From Mobula hypostoma (taxonomy: Eukaryota), in contig NC_086108.1 of the NCBI RefSeq assembly GCF_963921235.1, positions 94,862,001 to 94,926,000 on the forward strand: 64,000 nucleotides of DNA. The letters are read 5' to 3'. The notes beneath the pieces were generated by a model. The model was not told where the DNA came from. It ran no database searches and saw nothing but the letters and a program-made list of their open reading frames with translations. How positions within the stretch are numbered: position 1 is the first letter of the stretch; every line of letters starts with the position of its first letter. This document shows, in pieces, positions 24,824 to 37,699 of the stretch. Made by a program: the position numbers and the translations under genes.

Positions 24824-26390
24824 TCACAAAAAAGAGAAAATCTGCAGATGCTGGAAATCCAAGCAACACACACACAAAATGCTAGAGGATCTCAGGCAGC
24901 ATCTATGGAAGAGTACAGTCAACATTTCAGGCCGAGACCCTTCAGCAGGACTGGAGAAAAAAAGATGAAGCTGGGGGTAGGGGAGGGAGGGAGAAACAAG
25001 GTGATAGGTGAAACCGGGAGGGGAGAAGTGTAGTAAAGAACTGGGAAATTAATTGGTGAAAGAGATACAGGAATGGAGAAGGGGGAGAAGCACCAGAGGG
25101 AAGTGATGGGCAGGCAAGGAGATAAGGTGAAGTTAGAGGGGAATATAAAAATCGGGGAGGAGGGGGCATTACCGGAAGTTAAAGAAATTGATATTAATGC
25201 CATCAGGTTGGAGGCTACCCAGATGGAATACAAGGTGTTGTTCCTCCAACCTGAGTGTGGCCTCATCATGACAGTGGAGGAGGCCAATAATACATATTGG
25301 AATAGGAATGTGAAGTGGAATTCCCACTGGGAAATCTCACTTTCTCTGGTGGACGGAGCATAGGTCGGCAAAGCAGTTGCCCAATCTACATCTGGTCTCA
25401 CCGATATACAGGAGGCCACACTGAGAATACGGGACATAATACATGACCCCAACAGACTCACAGGTTAAGTGTTGCCTGTTTGGGGCCCTGAATGGTGAGG
25501 GAGGAGGCATAGGGGCAGGTGTGGCACTTAGTGCCAGGAGGGAAATCAGTGGAAAGGGATGAATGGACAACGGAGCCACATAGGGAGTGATCCCCGCAGA
25601 AAGCAGAAAGTGGGGAGGAGGGAAAGATGTGCTTGATGGTGGGATCCCTTTAGAGATGGCAGAAGTTGTGGAGAAATATGTGCTGGATGCCGAGGCTGAT
25701 GGGGTTGTAGGTGAGGAGAAGAACCCTATCCTTAATAGGGTGGTGGGAGGATGGGGTGAGAGCAGACGTGTGTGGAATGGGGTGCGTATTGGGGTCATCT
25801 ACTGTATCCAGTGCTCCAGGTGTGGCCTCCCGTACATCGGTGAGACCAGACAGATTGGGAGACCGCTTCGCCAGAAAAAGCTGGATCTTCCAGAGGCCAC
25901 CCATTTTAATTCTACTTCCCATTACAATTTGTCTATTCATGGTCTCTATTGTCGCGATGAGGCCACACTCAGGTTAGAGGAGCAACACCTTATATTCTGT
26001 CTGGGTAGCCTCCAACCTGATCGCATGAACATTGATTTCTCGAACCTCCGGTAATGCCCCCCTCCCCTTCACCATTCCCCATTCCCTTTTCCCTTTGCCT
26101 GCCCATTGCCTCCCTCTGGTGCTCCTACCCCCTTCCCCTCATCTTTCTTCCATGGCCTTCTGTCCTCTCCTATTAGATTCCCCCTTCTCCAGCCCTCACC
26201 TCTTTTACCAATCAACTTCCAAGCTCTTTGCCTCACCCCTCCCCGTTTCACCCATCACCTCCCCTCCCCCCACCTTTTACATCTATTCCTCAACTTTTTT
26301 TTCTTCAGTCCTTCTGAAGGGTCTCAGCCCAGAACGTTGACTATCCTCTTTTCCATAGATGCTGCCTGGCCTGCTAAGCTCCTCCAGCAG
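24824..26390. mobile_element. Penelope-like element made of two inverted 3' halves
   Basis: GIY-YIG remnants on the minus strand (25337..25798, LLYIGET) and plus strand (25587..26054, VIYCIQCSRCGLPYIGET). Degenerate HHR termini at both ends; imperfect TSD gttgctctaca/gttgttctata. Confidence 0.85.
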
Positions 26391-27235
26391 GTTGTTCTAT
26401 AGATTCTCTTTAGTCTTCATAACTATAGTTCAAAAGGAAATTTATAGTCTTACAACAACTTTTCTCCATTTTTTCTGGGATTCCAGATGTACAATTTATG
26501 TGTTAACTTGATCATAGATATATTACTAAAAATTGTCATTACCTTCCAATTATAGGAATGATTCTTAATTTTAAGGTTTGGCATTTTTTGTATATTGAAA
26601 CAGTGTGCTTCAGACCATTGATGACTGATAAATGTGATTTGATCACATCTGGTACACTTAAGTACCACATCCATGCAACCTATCTATTTTTTAAAACCTG
26701 CTTATAAAGTAGTCATTGCTTTATTTTAAAGCAAGCTTACACAATTACAGAATAGTTAAAAATTGCCATCCAACATTTCTAGCTGCAAGTAGTTTAAGAA
26801 TGTATTATTATATATAATACAGAAGTTACCAGGAATGGATCAGCACTAAGCTTCAACTGGTTTAAAATGTAGTTTTCAAAGTAATTTTCATATTTTTATA
26901 TATAATACCCACCTGTTTATGTGTATTATAATCAAACTATTAGATAACCAAAATCCTCAATCACTAATCCTTATACCAATGTTATCGAAATTGTCTCAAA
27001 TAGGTTTGTAATAAAGACTATGTAACTCAGTTCTGCAATAGTAAATTTACTTTTGTATTAATCCTTAACGAAATTGGTCAGATTACCTACTCATGACCAG
27101 CTGGAAATCCACATGCAGAGATCAAACAATTCAGCAACAGTACAACTCCCAAGCAAAATAATCTCAACTGAAGTGGTCATTTAGGATTGAATCGTCACTG
27201 GCAAGGACTCACGTAATAAGTCATTTCATAAGTTA

Positions 27236-30200
27236 TTTGAGGAGAGGGGCAGTAGGAGTGTGAGGGCAGTTTACTGTTCTCGGTGTCGGATGTGGGAGGC
27301 CCTGGAGTCTCCAAGCCTCCCGGACGTCTACATCTGCGCCAAGTGCATCGAGATGCAGCTCCTAAGGGACCACGTTACTGAACTGGAACTGGAGCTGCAG
27401 CTCGATGACCTTCGTCTGGTCAGGGAGAGTGAGGAGGTGATAGAGAGGAGTTGCAAGCAGGTGGTCACGCCGGGGCCACGGGAGGCAGACAAGTGGGTCA
27501 CGATTAGGAGGGGGAAGGGGAAAAGTCAGGTAATAGGGAGTACCCCGGTGGCTGTGCCCCTTAACAACAGGTACTCCTGTTTGAGTACTGTTGGGGGGGA
27601 CAGCTTACCCGGGGGAAGCGACAGTGGCCGTGCCTCCGGCACAGAGTCTGGCCCTGTAGCTCAGAAGGGTAGGGCAAGGAAGAGGAGGGCAGTTGTGATA
27701 GGGGACTCAATAGTAATGGGGTCAGATAGGCGATTCTGTGGATGCAGTCCAGAGACCCGGATGGTAGTTTGCCTCTCTGGTGCCAGGGTCCGGGATATTT
27801 CTGATCGTGTCCAAGATATCCTGAAGTGGGAGGTGAGGAGCCAGAGGTCGTGGTACATATAGGTACCAATGACATAGGTAGGAAAAGGGATGAGGTCCTG
27901 AAAGGAGAATATAGGGAGCTAGGAAGGGAGTTGAGAAAAAGGACCACAAAGGTAGTAATCTCGGGATTACTGCCTGTGCCACGCGACAGTGAGAGTAGGA
28001 ATGCGATGAGGTGGAGGATAAATGCGTGGCTGAGGGATTGGAGCAGGGGGCAGGGATTCAAGTTTTTGGATCATTGAGACCTCTTTTGGCGCAGGCATGA
28101 CCTGTACAAAAAGGACAGGTTACACTTGAATCCCAGGGGGACCAATATCCTGGCAGGGAGATTAGCAGGGGCTACTGAGGTGACCTTAAACTAGAATGGT
28201 TGGGGGGTGGGAATCAAATTAAAGAGGCTAGGCGTGAGGAGGTTAGTTCACAACAGGGGAATGGGAACCAGTGCAGAGAGACAGAGGGGTGTAAAGTGAG
28301 GGTAGAAGCAAAAAGTAGGAAGGAGAAAAGTAAAAGTGGCAGGCCGACAAATCCAGGGCAAGCATTAAGAAGGGCCACTTTTCAACATAATTGTATAAGG
28401 GCTAAGAGAGTTGTAAAAGAGCACCTGAAGGCTTTGTGTGTCAATGCAAGGAGCATTCGTAATAAGGTGGATGAATTGAAAGTGCAGATTGTTATTAATG
28501 ATGATATAGTTGGGATCACAAAGACATGGCTCCAGGGTGACCAGGGATGGGAGCTCAACGTTCAGAGATATTCAATATTCAGGAGGGACAGACATGAAGG
28601 AAGGGGAGGTGGGGTGGCGTTGCTGGTTAAAGAAGAGATTAACGCAATAGAAAGGAAGGACATAAGCCGGAAAGATGTGGAATCGATGTGGGTAGAGCTG
28701 CGTAACACTAAGGGGCAGAAGACGCTGGTGGGAGTTGTGTACAGGCCACCTAACAGTAGTAGTGAGGTCGCAGATGGTATTAAACAGGAAATTAGAAATG
28801 TGTGCAATAAAGGAACAGCAGTTATAATGGGTGACTTCAATCTACATGTAGACTGGGTGAACCAAATTGGTAAAGGTGCTGAGGAAGAGGATTTCTTGGA
28901 ATGTATGTGGGATGGTTTTTTGAACCAACATGTCGAGGAACCAACTAGAGAGCAGGCTATTCTGGACTGGGTTTTGAGCAATGAGGAAGGGTTAATTAGC
29001 GATCTTGTCGTGAGAGGCCCCTTGGGTAAGAGTGACCATAATATGGTGGAATTCTTCATTAAGATGGAGAGTGACATAGTTAATTCAGAAACAAAGGTTC
29101 TGAACTTAAAGAGGGGTAACTTTGAAGGTATGAGACGTGAATTAGTTAAGATAAACTGGCAAATGACACTTAAAGGATTGACGGTGGATATGCAATGGCA
29201 AGCATTTAAAGGTTGCATGGATGAGGTACAACAATTGTTCATCCCAGTTTGGCAAAAGAATAAATCAAGGAAGGTAGTGCACCCGTGGCTGACAAGAGAA
29301 ATTAGGGATAGTATCAATCCCAAAGAAGAAGCATACAAATTAGCCAGAGAAAGTGGCTCACCTGAGGACTGGGAGAAATTCAGAGTTCAGCAGAGGAGGA
29401 CAAAGGGCTTAATTAGGAAGGGGAAAAAAGATTATGAGAGAAAACTGGCAGGGAACATAAAAATGGACTGTAAAAGCTTTTATAGATATGTAAAAAGGAA
29501 AAGACTGGTAAAGACAAATGTAGGTCCCCTGCAGACAGAAACAGGTGAATTGATTATGGGGAGCAAGGACATGGCAGACCAATTGAATAATTACTTTGGT
29601 TCTGTCTTCACTAAGGAGGACATAAATAATCTTCCAGAAATAGTAGGGGACAGAGGGTCCAGTGAGATGGAGGAACTAAGCGAAATACATGTTAGTAGGG
29701 AAGTGGTGTTAGGTAAATTGAAGGGATTGAAGGCAGATAAATCCCCAGGGCCAGATGGTCTGCATCCTAGAGTGCTTAAGGAAGTAGCCCAAGAAATAGT
29801 GGATTATTATCTGAATGGTGGCCGATTATGAAAAGGGGAGGTGCAACAAGACCTGGGTGTCATTATACACCAGTCATTGAAAGTGGGCATGCAGGTACAG
29901 CAGGCGGTGAAAAAGGCGAATGGTATGCTGGCATTTATAGCGAGAGGATTCGAGTACAGGAGCAGGGAGGTACTACTGCAGTTGTACAAGGCCTTGGTGA
30001 GACCACACCTGGAGTATTGTGTGCAGTTTTGGTCCCCTAATCTGAGGAAAGACATCCTTGCCATAGAGGGAGTACAAAGAAGGTTCACCAGATTGATTCC
30101 TGGGATGGCAGGACTTTCATATGAAGAAAGACTGGATGAACTGGGCTTGTACTCGTTGGAATTTAGAAGATTGAGGGGGGATCTGATTGAAACGTATAAG

Positions 30201-30572
30201 ATCCTAAAGGGATTGGACAGGCTAGATGCAGGAAGATTGTTCCCGATGTTGGGGAAGTCCAGAACGAGGGGCCACAGTTTGAGGATAGAGGGGAAGCCTT
30301 TTAAGACCGAGATTAGGAAAAACTTCTTCAGAGAGTGGTGAATCTGTGGAATTCTCTGCCACAGGAAACAGTTGAGGCCAGTTCATTGGCTATATTTAAG
30401 AGGGAGTTAGATACGGCCCTTGTGGCTACGGGGGTCAGGGGGTATGGAGGGAAGGTTGGGGCGGGGTTCTGAGTTGGATGATCAGCCATGATCATAACAA
30501 ATGGCAGTGCAGGCTCGAAGGGCCGAATGGCCTACTCCTGCACCTATTTTCTATGTTTCTATGTTTCTATGA
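27236..30572 (+). mobile_element. CR1 LINE with ORF1 (Zn finger/leucine zipper plus SGNH esterase) and internally deleted ORF2
   Basis: ORF1 CSRC...CAKC, VIGDSIV, GTND. ORF2 28200..29831 contains the APE domain (GDFN, SDHN) and jumps at ~29805 to the C-terminus. (TTTCTATG)n tail. Confidence 0.93.
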
Positions 30573-30665
30573 CTAACATGGATACCATCTCTACTACTGT
30601 AACATTAATTTGAGATGTGCTCCTAAACTGTAAATGATAAATACAAAGTCAACAAGCATCCTTAC

Positions 30666-30777
30666 CACAGTTGCTGGGTTAGAAAATCTCTTTATTTTCT
30701 TCAATTTTGTGTATTGTTCAGATGATTCAACTGAAGATTTTTTCTTGCCTTTCTTCTCTATGCCATTATTTAATGGA
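30666..30777 (-). CDS. MTF2: MTF2 exon 12
   Basis: (S)PLNNGIEKKGKKKSSVESSEQYTKLKKIKRFSNPATV. tttag|T and GTG|gtaagg, 112 nt, phases match neighbouring exons. Confidence 0.9.
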
Positions 30778-31517
30778 CTAAAGAGAGAAAATAGTTCACA
30801 GTTAATATGTAAACTCAGTGCATTGTCTTTTAACATCTGCAACATCCAAATTCTTCAGGGGACACAACTGTAGCTTATCCAATATGAAAACAAAACTAAT
30901 GAAGTTACAAAACAGTCTTCCAGCATTCTTTCCAGAAGGACTTAATGGTAATCCATCGCCTTATGATTGCCAGTATAATCTTTCATCTGGGTTACAACCA
31001 GAAAGGATTTTAAGAAAGTGTGCAGTCTACTAATATGAAGGTCGTGATTCTAAACACAAGCAATTTGGATAAATTTTGAAAATTACACTGTTTGGTTCTT
31101 TTTCTGTACGTTACTTTCCCACTTTTTCAGACTTCAACTGAAGTGTGGCTTCAGAACAACATCCTGTGGGCAAATTTTCAGGCCATGCCACAATGACTTA
31201 TGCCAATCGTATTTTGTGATTGTATATGCTATCATAACTATACGTGCTGTGTGCAACTGCACTTACTGTGTTTTGCACCTAAGCCCCAGAGGGATAATAT
31301 ATCGTTTAGCTGTATACATGCTTTTGGTTGACTGATAATTAAACTTGAACTAGAACTTAATTCTTACATCTCTCAATTTGTTTTAGTTCCAATGTTCAGC
31401 AACTTAAAGGATATCACTGGCAGTAATTTGTTATAATTAATAACCAATGAGCATTACAAGATGTACTTGATACCAAAAATAGATCATTCTTTCAGTGACA
31501 TAGCAGTTTTACTTACA

Positions 31518-32687
31518 TCATAGAAACATAGAAAACAGAACACAATACAAGCCCTTCGGCCCACAAAGCTGTGCTGAACATGTCCCTACCTTAGAACTAC
31601 CTAGGCTTTACCCATAGCCCTCTATTTTTCTAAGCTCCATGTAGCCGTCCAGGAGTCACTTAAAAGACCCTATCACTTCCACCTGCACTGCCGCCACCAG
31701 CAGCCCATTCCACATACTCACCACTCTCTGCATAAAAGAATTACCCTGACATCTCCTCTGTACCTACTTCCCAGCACTTTAAAACTATGCCCTTTTGTGC
31801 TAGCCATTTCAGCCCTAGGGAAAAGCCTCTGACTATCCACACAATCAATGCCTCTCATTATCTTGTACACCTCTATCAGGTCACCTCTCATCCTCCGTCA
31901 CTCCAAGGAGAAAAGGCCGAGTTCACTCAACCTATTCTCATAAGGCATGCTCCCCAATCCAGGCAGCATCCTTGTAAATCTCCTCTGCACCCTTTCTATG
32001 GTTTCCATGACCTTCCTGTAATGAGACAACTAGAATTGAGCACAGTACTCCAAGTGGGGTCTGACCCGGGTCCTAAATAGCTCCAACATTACCTCTTGGC
32101 TATTAAACTCAGTCCCATGATTGATGAAGGCCAATGCACCTTATGCCTTCTTAACCAGAGTCAACCTCCATAACAGCTTTGAGTGTCCCATGGACTCGGA
32201 CCCCAAGATCCCTCTGATCCTCCACACTGCCAAGAGTCTTACCATTAATGCTATATTCTGCCATAATATTTGACCTACTAAAATGAACCATCTCACACTT
32301 ATCTGGGTTGAACTCCATCTGCCACTTCTCAGCCAAGTTTTGCATCCTATCAATGTCCCATTGTAACCTCTGACACCCTTCCACACTATCCACAACACCC
32401 CCAACCTTTGTGTCATCAGCAAATTTACTAACCCATCCCTCCACTTCCTCACCCAGGTTACTTATAAAAATCACGAAGCGTAGGGGTCCCAGAACAGATC
32501 CCTGAGGCACACCACTGGTCACCAGCCTGCATGCAGAATATGACCCGTCGACAATCACTCTTTGCCTTCTGTAGGCAAGCCAGTTCTGGATCCACGAAGC
32601 AATGTCCCCTTGGATCCCATGCCTCCTTACTTTCTCAATAAGCCTTGCATGGGGTATCTTATCAAATGCCTTGCTAAAATCCATATG
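31518..32687 (-). mobile_element. 5'-truncated CR1 LINE
   Basis: MDFSKAFD...[10 protein letters not shown]...FADDTK; catagaaa tail at the left end. Confidence 0.9.
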
Positions 32688-35006
32688 CATGTTTATAAAC
32701 TGCCTCAATCTATCAAAAGTGTTTTTTTTTAAAACAAAACATTCATCAAGCAATACAGCTACTAAGACTCCTAATTTTGCTCCAGGAAGGACTGGCAAAA
32801 GTGATGAATCTCAAAATTTTAAACAGACTTCCTCTACCAAATAAAACATGTCAACCAACCATTAACTTCATGTAGATGGAAGCCTATGCTGTATTCTATG
32901 CCCTCCTTACAAAAATCTGGATTTGATGACTTCAAGAAAATAAACATTTCACTTCTTTGGCAACTGATGGGCCACCATCAACCCTTACAGCCTAAAGCAG
33001 TTCATGTACAGTGCCTATAAAAAGCATTCATGTTTTATTGTTTTACAACATTAAATCACAGTGGATTTAATTTGCCTTTTTTGACACTGTTCAACATAAA
33101 AAACACTTTGTCAAAGTAAAAACACATCTCTACAAAGTAATCTGAAGGAATCACAAATATAAAACACAAAATAATTGATTGCACAAGTATTCATCCCCTT
33201 CAAGCCTATATTTAATAGATGCACCTTTGACAGCAATTACAGTCTGTGTGGATAGGTCTCAATCAGCTTTGCACATCTGAACACTGTAATTTTTCTCCCA
33301 TTCTTCTTTACAAAACTGCTCAAGCTCATCAGATTACATGGGGATTTTAAGTGAACAGCCCTTTTCAAGTCCAGCCACAAATTCTCAATTTGACTGAGGT
33401 CTGAACGCAGACTTGGCCACTCCAGGACATTAACTTTGTTGTTTTTAAGTCATTCCAGGGCAGCTTTGTTTTATGCTTGGGGTCATTATCTTGCTGGAAA
33501 ACAAACCTTCTCCTAAGTTGCAGGTTTTTTGTAGATCGCATCAGGTTTTCCTCCAGGATTGGCCCATATTTTGCTGTATTCATTTTGCCCTCTACTTTCA
33601 CAAGCTTTCCAGGGCCTGCTGCACTGAAGCATCCCCACAGCATAATGCAGCCAGCACCATGCTTCATGGTAGGTATGGTATGTTTCTGATGATGTGCTGT
33701 GTTTGGCTTAAGCCAAATATAGCGTTTAGTCCGGTGGCCAAAAAGCTCTATTTTGGTTTCAGACCATAGAACTTCTTCCAGCTGATTTCAGTCTCCCACC
33801 TACCTTCTAGCAAACTCTAGCCAAGATTTCATGTGAGTTTTTTCCCCCGCACAGTGGCTTTCTCTTTGCTACTCTCCCATAAAACTGTGACTGGTGAAGC
33901 ACCCGGACAACAGTTGTTGTATGTGCTGTCTCTCCCATATCAGCAACCACTGCAGCTTGTAACTCCTCCAGAGATGCCATAGGTCTCTTGGTGGCCTCCC
34001 TCAATAGTTCCCTTCTTGCAGAGTCACTCTCAGTTTTTGAGAACGGCTGGCTCTAGGCAGATTTACAGCTGTGCCATATTCTTTCCATTTCTTGATGACT
34101 GACTTAACTGTACTGTAAGGGATATTCAGTGACTTGGAAATTTTCTTGTGTCCATCTCCTGACTTGTACTTTTCAATAACCTTTTCATGGAGTTGCTTGG
34201 AGTGTTCTTTTGTCTTCATGGTGTAGTTTTTGCCAGGATACTGACTCACCAGCAGCTGGACCTTCCAGGTACAGGTGTATTTTTACTACAGGTCCACAAT
34301 CCCTTATCCAAAATCCTTGGGGCCAGTTACATTAAGGAATTCAGAATTTTTGGATTTCAGTCCCCCCCCACCCCCACTCCCGATACCAAAAAACACGTAT
34401 GCTCAAGTCCCTTATTTCACCTATCTCAATGCGGTGGACTTTAGGACCTGGCGGCGCAACAAACCTATGCATATCCTCCCATTTACTTTAAATCATATCT
34501 AGATTACTTATAATACCTAATACAATGTAAATGCTATGTAAATAGTTGTTATACCATATTGTTAAGGGAATAATGACAAGAAAAAAATTTATTTCCAACA
34601 AAAACATTCAATAAAACAAAGATATACAGCTTCAAGCGAACCGAATCAAACACATGGTAAATGACTTATTGGAATAAATGTAGAACGTCACTGTCACGAT
34701 AAAACTTCAGTAACTTTCCTTTCTGTTTATTTAAGTCACATACAGTGGTAGTTCCGATACTATTTTCTTCAGTAAGACGCTGCACAGACACACCACGATC
34801 AAGCTTATGCAATAACTCCACTTTCTGCGTTATTGATGATAGATACTTCCTTCTCTTTTTCTCATTGTCACCCATAGAGGTATCTGCAGCTCTTTTTGAC
34901 ATTTTCACAGTGAAATTAAACACAAGAGAACACAAAATATCAGCAAACAGCAAATGCACGTGTAATCAGTACGAGCGCTGAGCCACAACTGACGAATGGC
35001 GGCCTC

Positions 35007-35145
35007 AAACAACAGGAATTCTGCAGATGCTGGAAATTCAAGCAACATACATCAAAGTTGCTGGTGAACGCAGCAGGCCAAGCAGCATCTATAGGAAGAG
35101 GTGCAGTCGACGTTTCAGGCCGAGACCCTTCGTCAGGACTAACTC
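35007..35145 (-). mobile_element. Solo Penelope terminal fragment carrying an HHR
   Basis: 11-bp TSD atggcggcctc at 34996-35006 and 35146-35156. Confidence 0.85.
35104..35141 (-). ncRNA. Minimal type I hammerhead ribozyme motif in MTF2 intron 11
   Basis: UAGUC-CUGACGA-AGGGUCUCGGCCU-GAAA-CGUC-GACUG; predicted cleavage between 35109 and 35108. Confidence 0.8.
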
Positions 35146-35539
35146 ATGGCGGCCTCTGCTAGCGCTGCCACGTCACACCTGAGTGACGTCAGCTGTTGGT
35201 GAAAAAACTTCGGTTTTCGGAGCTTTTTGGATTTCAGAATTTCAGATAAAGTAATGTACACCTGTACAATCAATTGAAACACCTTGACTGCACACAGGTC
35301 TCCAAAAACAGATCTCCATTTAACTAATTATGTGATTTCTAAAACCAATTGGCTGCACTAATGATGATTTACTGTGTCATATTCAAAGGGAGGGGGATGA
35401 ATATCTATGCAATCAATTATTTTATATTTGTAATTAATTTAGATAACTTTGTAGAGATCAGTTTTCACTTTTGACACAGTCTTTTTCTGTTGGTCAGTGT
35501 CAAAAAAGCCAAATTAAACCCACTGTGATTTGATGTTAC

Positions 35540-35937
35540 ATACATAGAACAGTACAGCACAGTACAGGCCCTTCAGCCCACAATGTTGTGCCAACCCTTA
35601 AACCCTGCCTCCCATGTAACCCCCCCCCACCTTAAATTCCTCTATATACCTGTCTAGTAGTCTTTTAAAAACTTCATTAGTGTATCTGCCTCCACCACTG
35701 ACTCAGGCAGTGCATTCCAGGAACGAACCACTCTCTGAGTAAAAAACCTTCCTTTAATATCCCCCTTGAACTTCCACCCCTTACCTTAAAGCCATGTCCT
35801 CTTGTATTGAGCAGTGGTGCCATGGGGAAGAGGCGCTGGCTATCCACTCTATCTATTCCTCTTAATATCTTGTACACCTCTATCATGTCTCCTCTCATCC
35901 CCCTTCTCTCCAAAGAGTAAAGCCCTAGCTCCCTTAA
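35540..35937 (-). mobile_element. CR1 3' fragment inserted in the Tc1 TIR
   Basis: ORF 35677..35913 ERRGMRGDMIEVYKIL. Confidence 0.85.
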
Positions 35938-36164
35938 TGTTGAAAAAAACTTGAAAACTTTCGGGGGGGGGGAATACTTTTTAAAGACATGGTATATCAG
36001 AATGGCCTCAGTTTAATCAAAAATCAAGCTTATTATCATATGCACAAGTATACCCATGCACTGGTAGCTGCAAAAATAGTGGGGACCTTGGATGATACAG
36101 GGCGTGCAGAGAAAGAAATCATTAGTATTTAAGATTCACAGATAGTAATTGAAAGCAGTTTTAC

Positions 36165-36353
36165 CTTTTTGTAGTTGCAGGTGCAGGTAAGGACGTGGAT
36201 TTACTGGACTTCCTCCCTTTAATTTTAAATTCATGAGAAACTTCCTCAGTACTTTCCTCAGTCTTCATTACACCATTTGGAGGAATGGGAGGAACCCGAA
36301 TTCGCAATCCATACAAATGTTTCTTCTTCTTGATTTCTTTCCCAGACATAAAC
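36165..36353 (-). CDS. MTF2: MTF2 exon 11 (EH wing with GKEIKKKK motif)
   Basis: [26 protein letters not shown]...[23 protein letters not shown]. ttcag|G and AG|gtaaaa, 189 nt. Confidence 0.94.
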
Positions 36354-36986
36354 CTGAAGAAAAATAACCAAGACGAGAATGAACAGATGCTTGTGCTACA
36401 CATGAAAGGGGAAAGGTATACATCTTCTGGGTGTACTATACATTATGTAACATTTTTCTGTGGGGAGCCAAACAAATTGGGATGAGAAAAAGATTCTGTT
36501 AGCAAGAACAAATAAGATTTTTTCTAAAAACACATATTGATGGGCACAAACTCCATCTAGCCACTATTTTATTTAATCTCAAACAAACCCAAATTCATGA
36601 CTTTAAAAATGTTTGTATGGATTAGAATTTGTTTGTATTTTCAATGTTCTTTTAAAAGAGCCTGTCACAGCATCAAATTAGAGTATTAAACTGTCAATCA
36701 CACTGCTGGATAGTAAATTTTGTATAACTCTATATCTCTATTAGTTATCTGCTGCTCAAGTTATTGAGTTTCTTTTTCCAAAATATCCAGCGTGCTGATA
36801 TAGCTGAAAGTATATCAAGCTGTTATTATTATGACACAAGCTGAGGCAACATATTGAACAAATTCCACTCTCTGGAAGACATTTACAATACAGGGCAAAG
36901 TACAGAAATCTATTCAGCAGAAAAGTTTCATCCTTATTCTCAGAACATGGATATTTCTATTTACTACAAGGTATGTCTACACTTAC

Positions 36987-37054
36987 ATGCTCTTGTTCTC
37001 ATTTAGGGCTTCAAGAATATAGTCATGTCGGTCAGATTTTAGAGTGTCTGCAAG
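36987..37054 (-). CDS. MTF2: MTF2 exon 10 (EH)
   Basis: LADTLKSDRHDYILEALNENKS(M). tgcag|CTT and AT|gtaagt, 68 nt. Confidence 0.94.
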
Positions 37055-37699
37055 CTGCAAATGTAGAAAATAATTCAAAATATTCATTTGCTTTGCTATC
37101 ACAAATGATGGAATTGTACATAAATCAAATGAACTGCTGTACAGATTAACGTTTAATTATGACCATTTTCCAGCTGTGTAATAATTCAGGCAATGAGACT
37201 TTTCTCTTCTAAGCAAGCAGGAGCTCCATTTACCTCTCATCCCGAAAATGAATAAGTTTTTCTGTACAATCCTTTAAAATTCTACAACATAATTAATAGA
37301 CAAAGTATATCTGAACACACAGGCCATTTTGAATGACAATGTTAATAGTAAAGGTTTGGTATTGAATATACTTTAGTGAAGCCAGCCATTGATATTTAGG
37401 AGTTTTTAAAGTTAACCTGCCCCTTACTTAATGTTCAGGTTGCATCCCCAAGAACAAGTGTGTTAGGTCAATCAGCACTACAAGCAATCAATCTCGCATT
37501 ATGTAGAGAGACATGTTACTGACAACGTTGATGTGCCAAGAAACAGATGCAAACTCCTGCCCTCCCTAGCAATTAATGTTGAGCATGTTACCATAAAAAA
37601 ATCTGCAGGCTGGTTATAAGTATGTAGTCATACAGAAAGAGAGAGACAGCAGTTTCTATTACATCCAACATGAAGAAAAAAAGGGACCATACAATTAAA

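Larger units (their letters stand above)
34289..35264 (-). mobile_element. Tigger4-like non-autonomous element nested in Tc1
   Basis: TA-flanked caggtccacaatcccttatcc...gataaagtaatgtacacctg. ORF 34666..34959 is a pogo/CENP-B N-terminal HTH (KKRRKYLSSITQKVELL). Confidence 0.8.
33009..35992 (-). mobile_element. Tc1-like DNA transposon with long TIRs, disrupted by nested insertions
   Basis: TA|cagtgcctataaaaagcattc left end and gaatactttttaaagacatgg|TA right end. Transposase fragments 34001..34249 (HTH) and 33365..33667 (KHGAGCIMLWG, FQQDNDPKH). Confidence 0.88.

Noticed and set aside
28562..29338. 258-aa minus-strand ORF
   Set aside because: Antisense shadow of the CR1 endonuclease ORF; no independent motifs.
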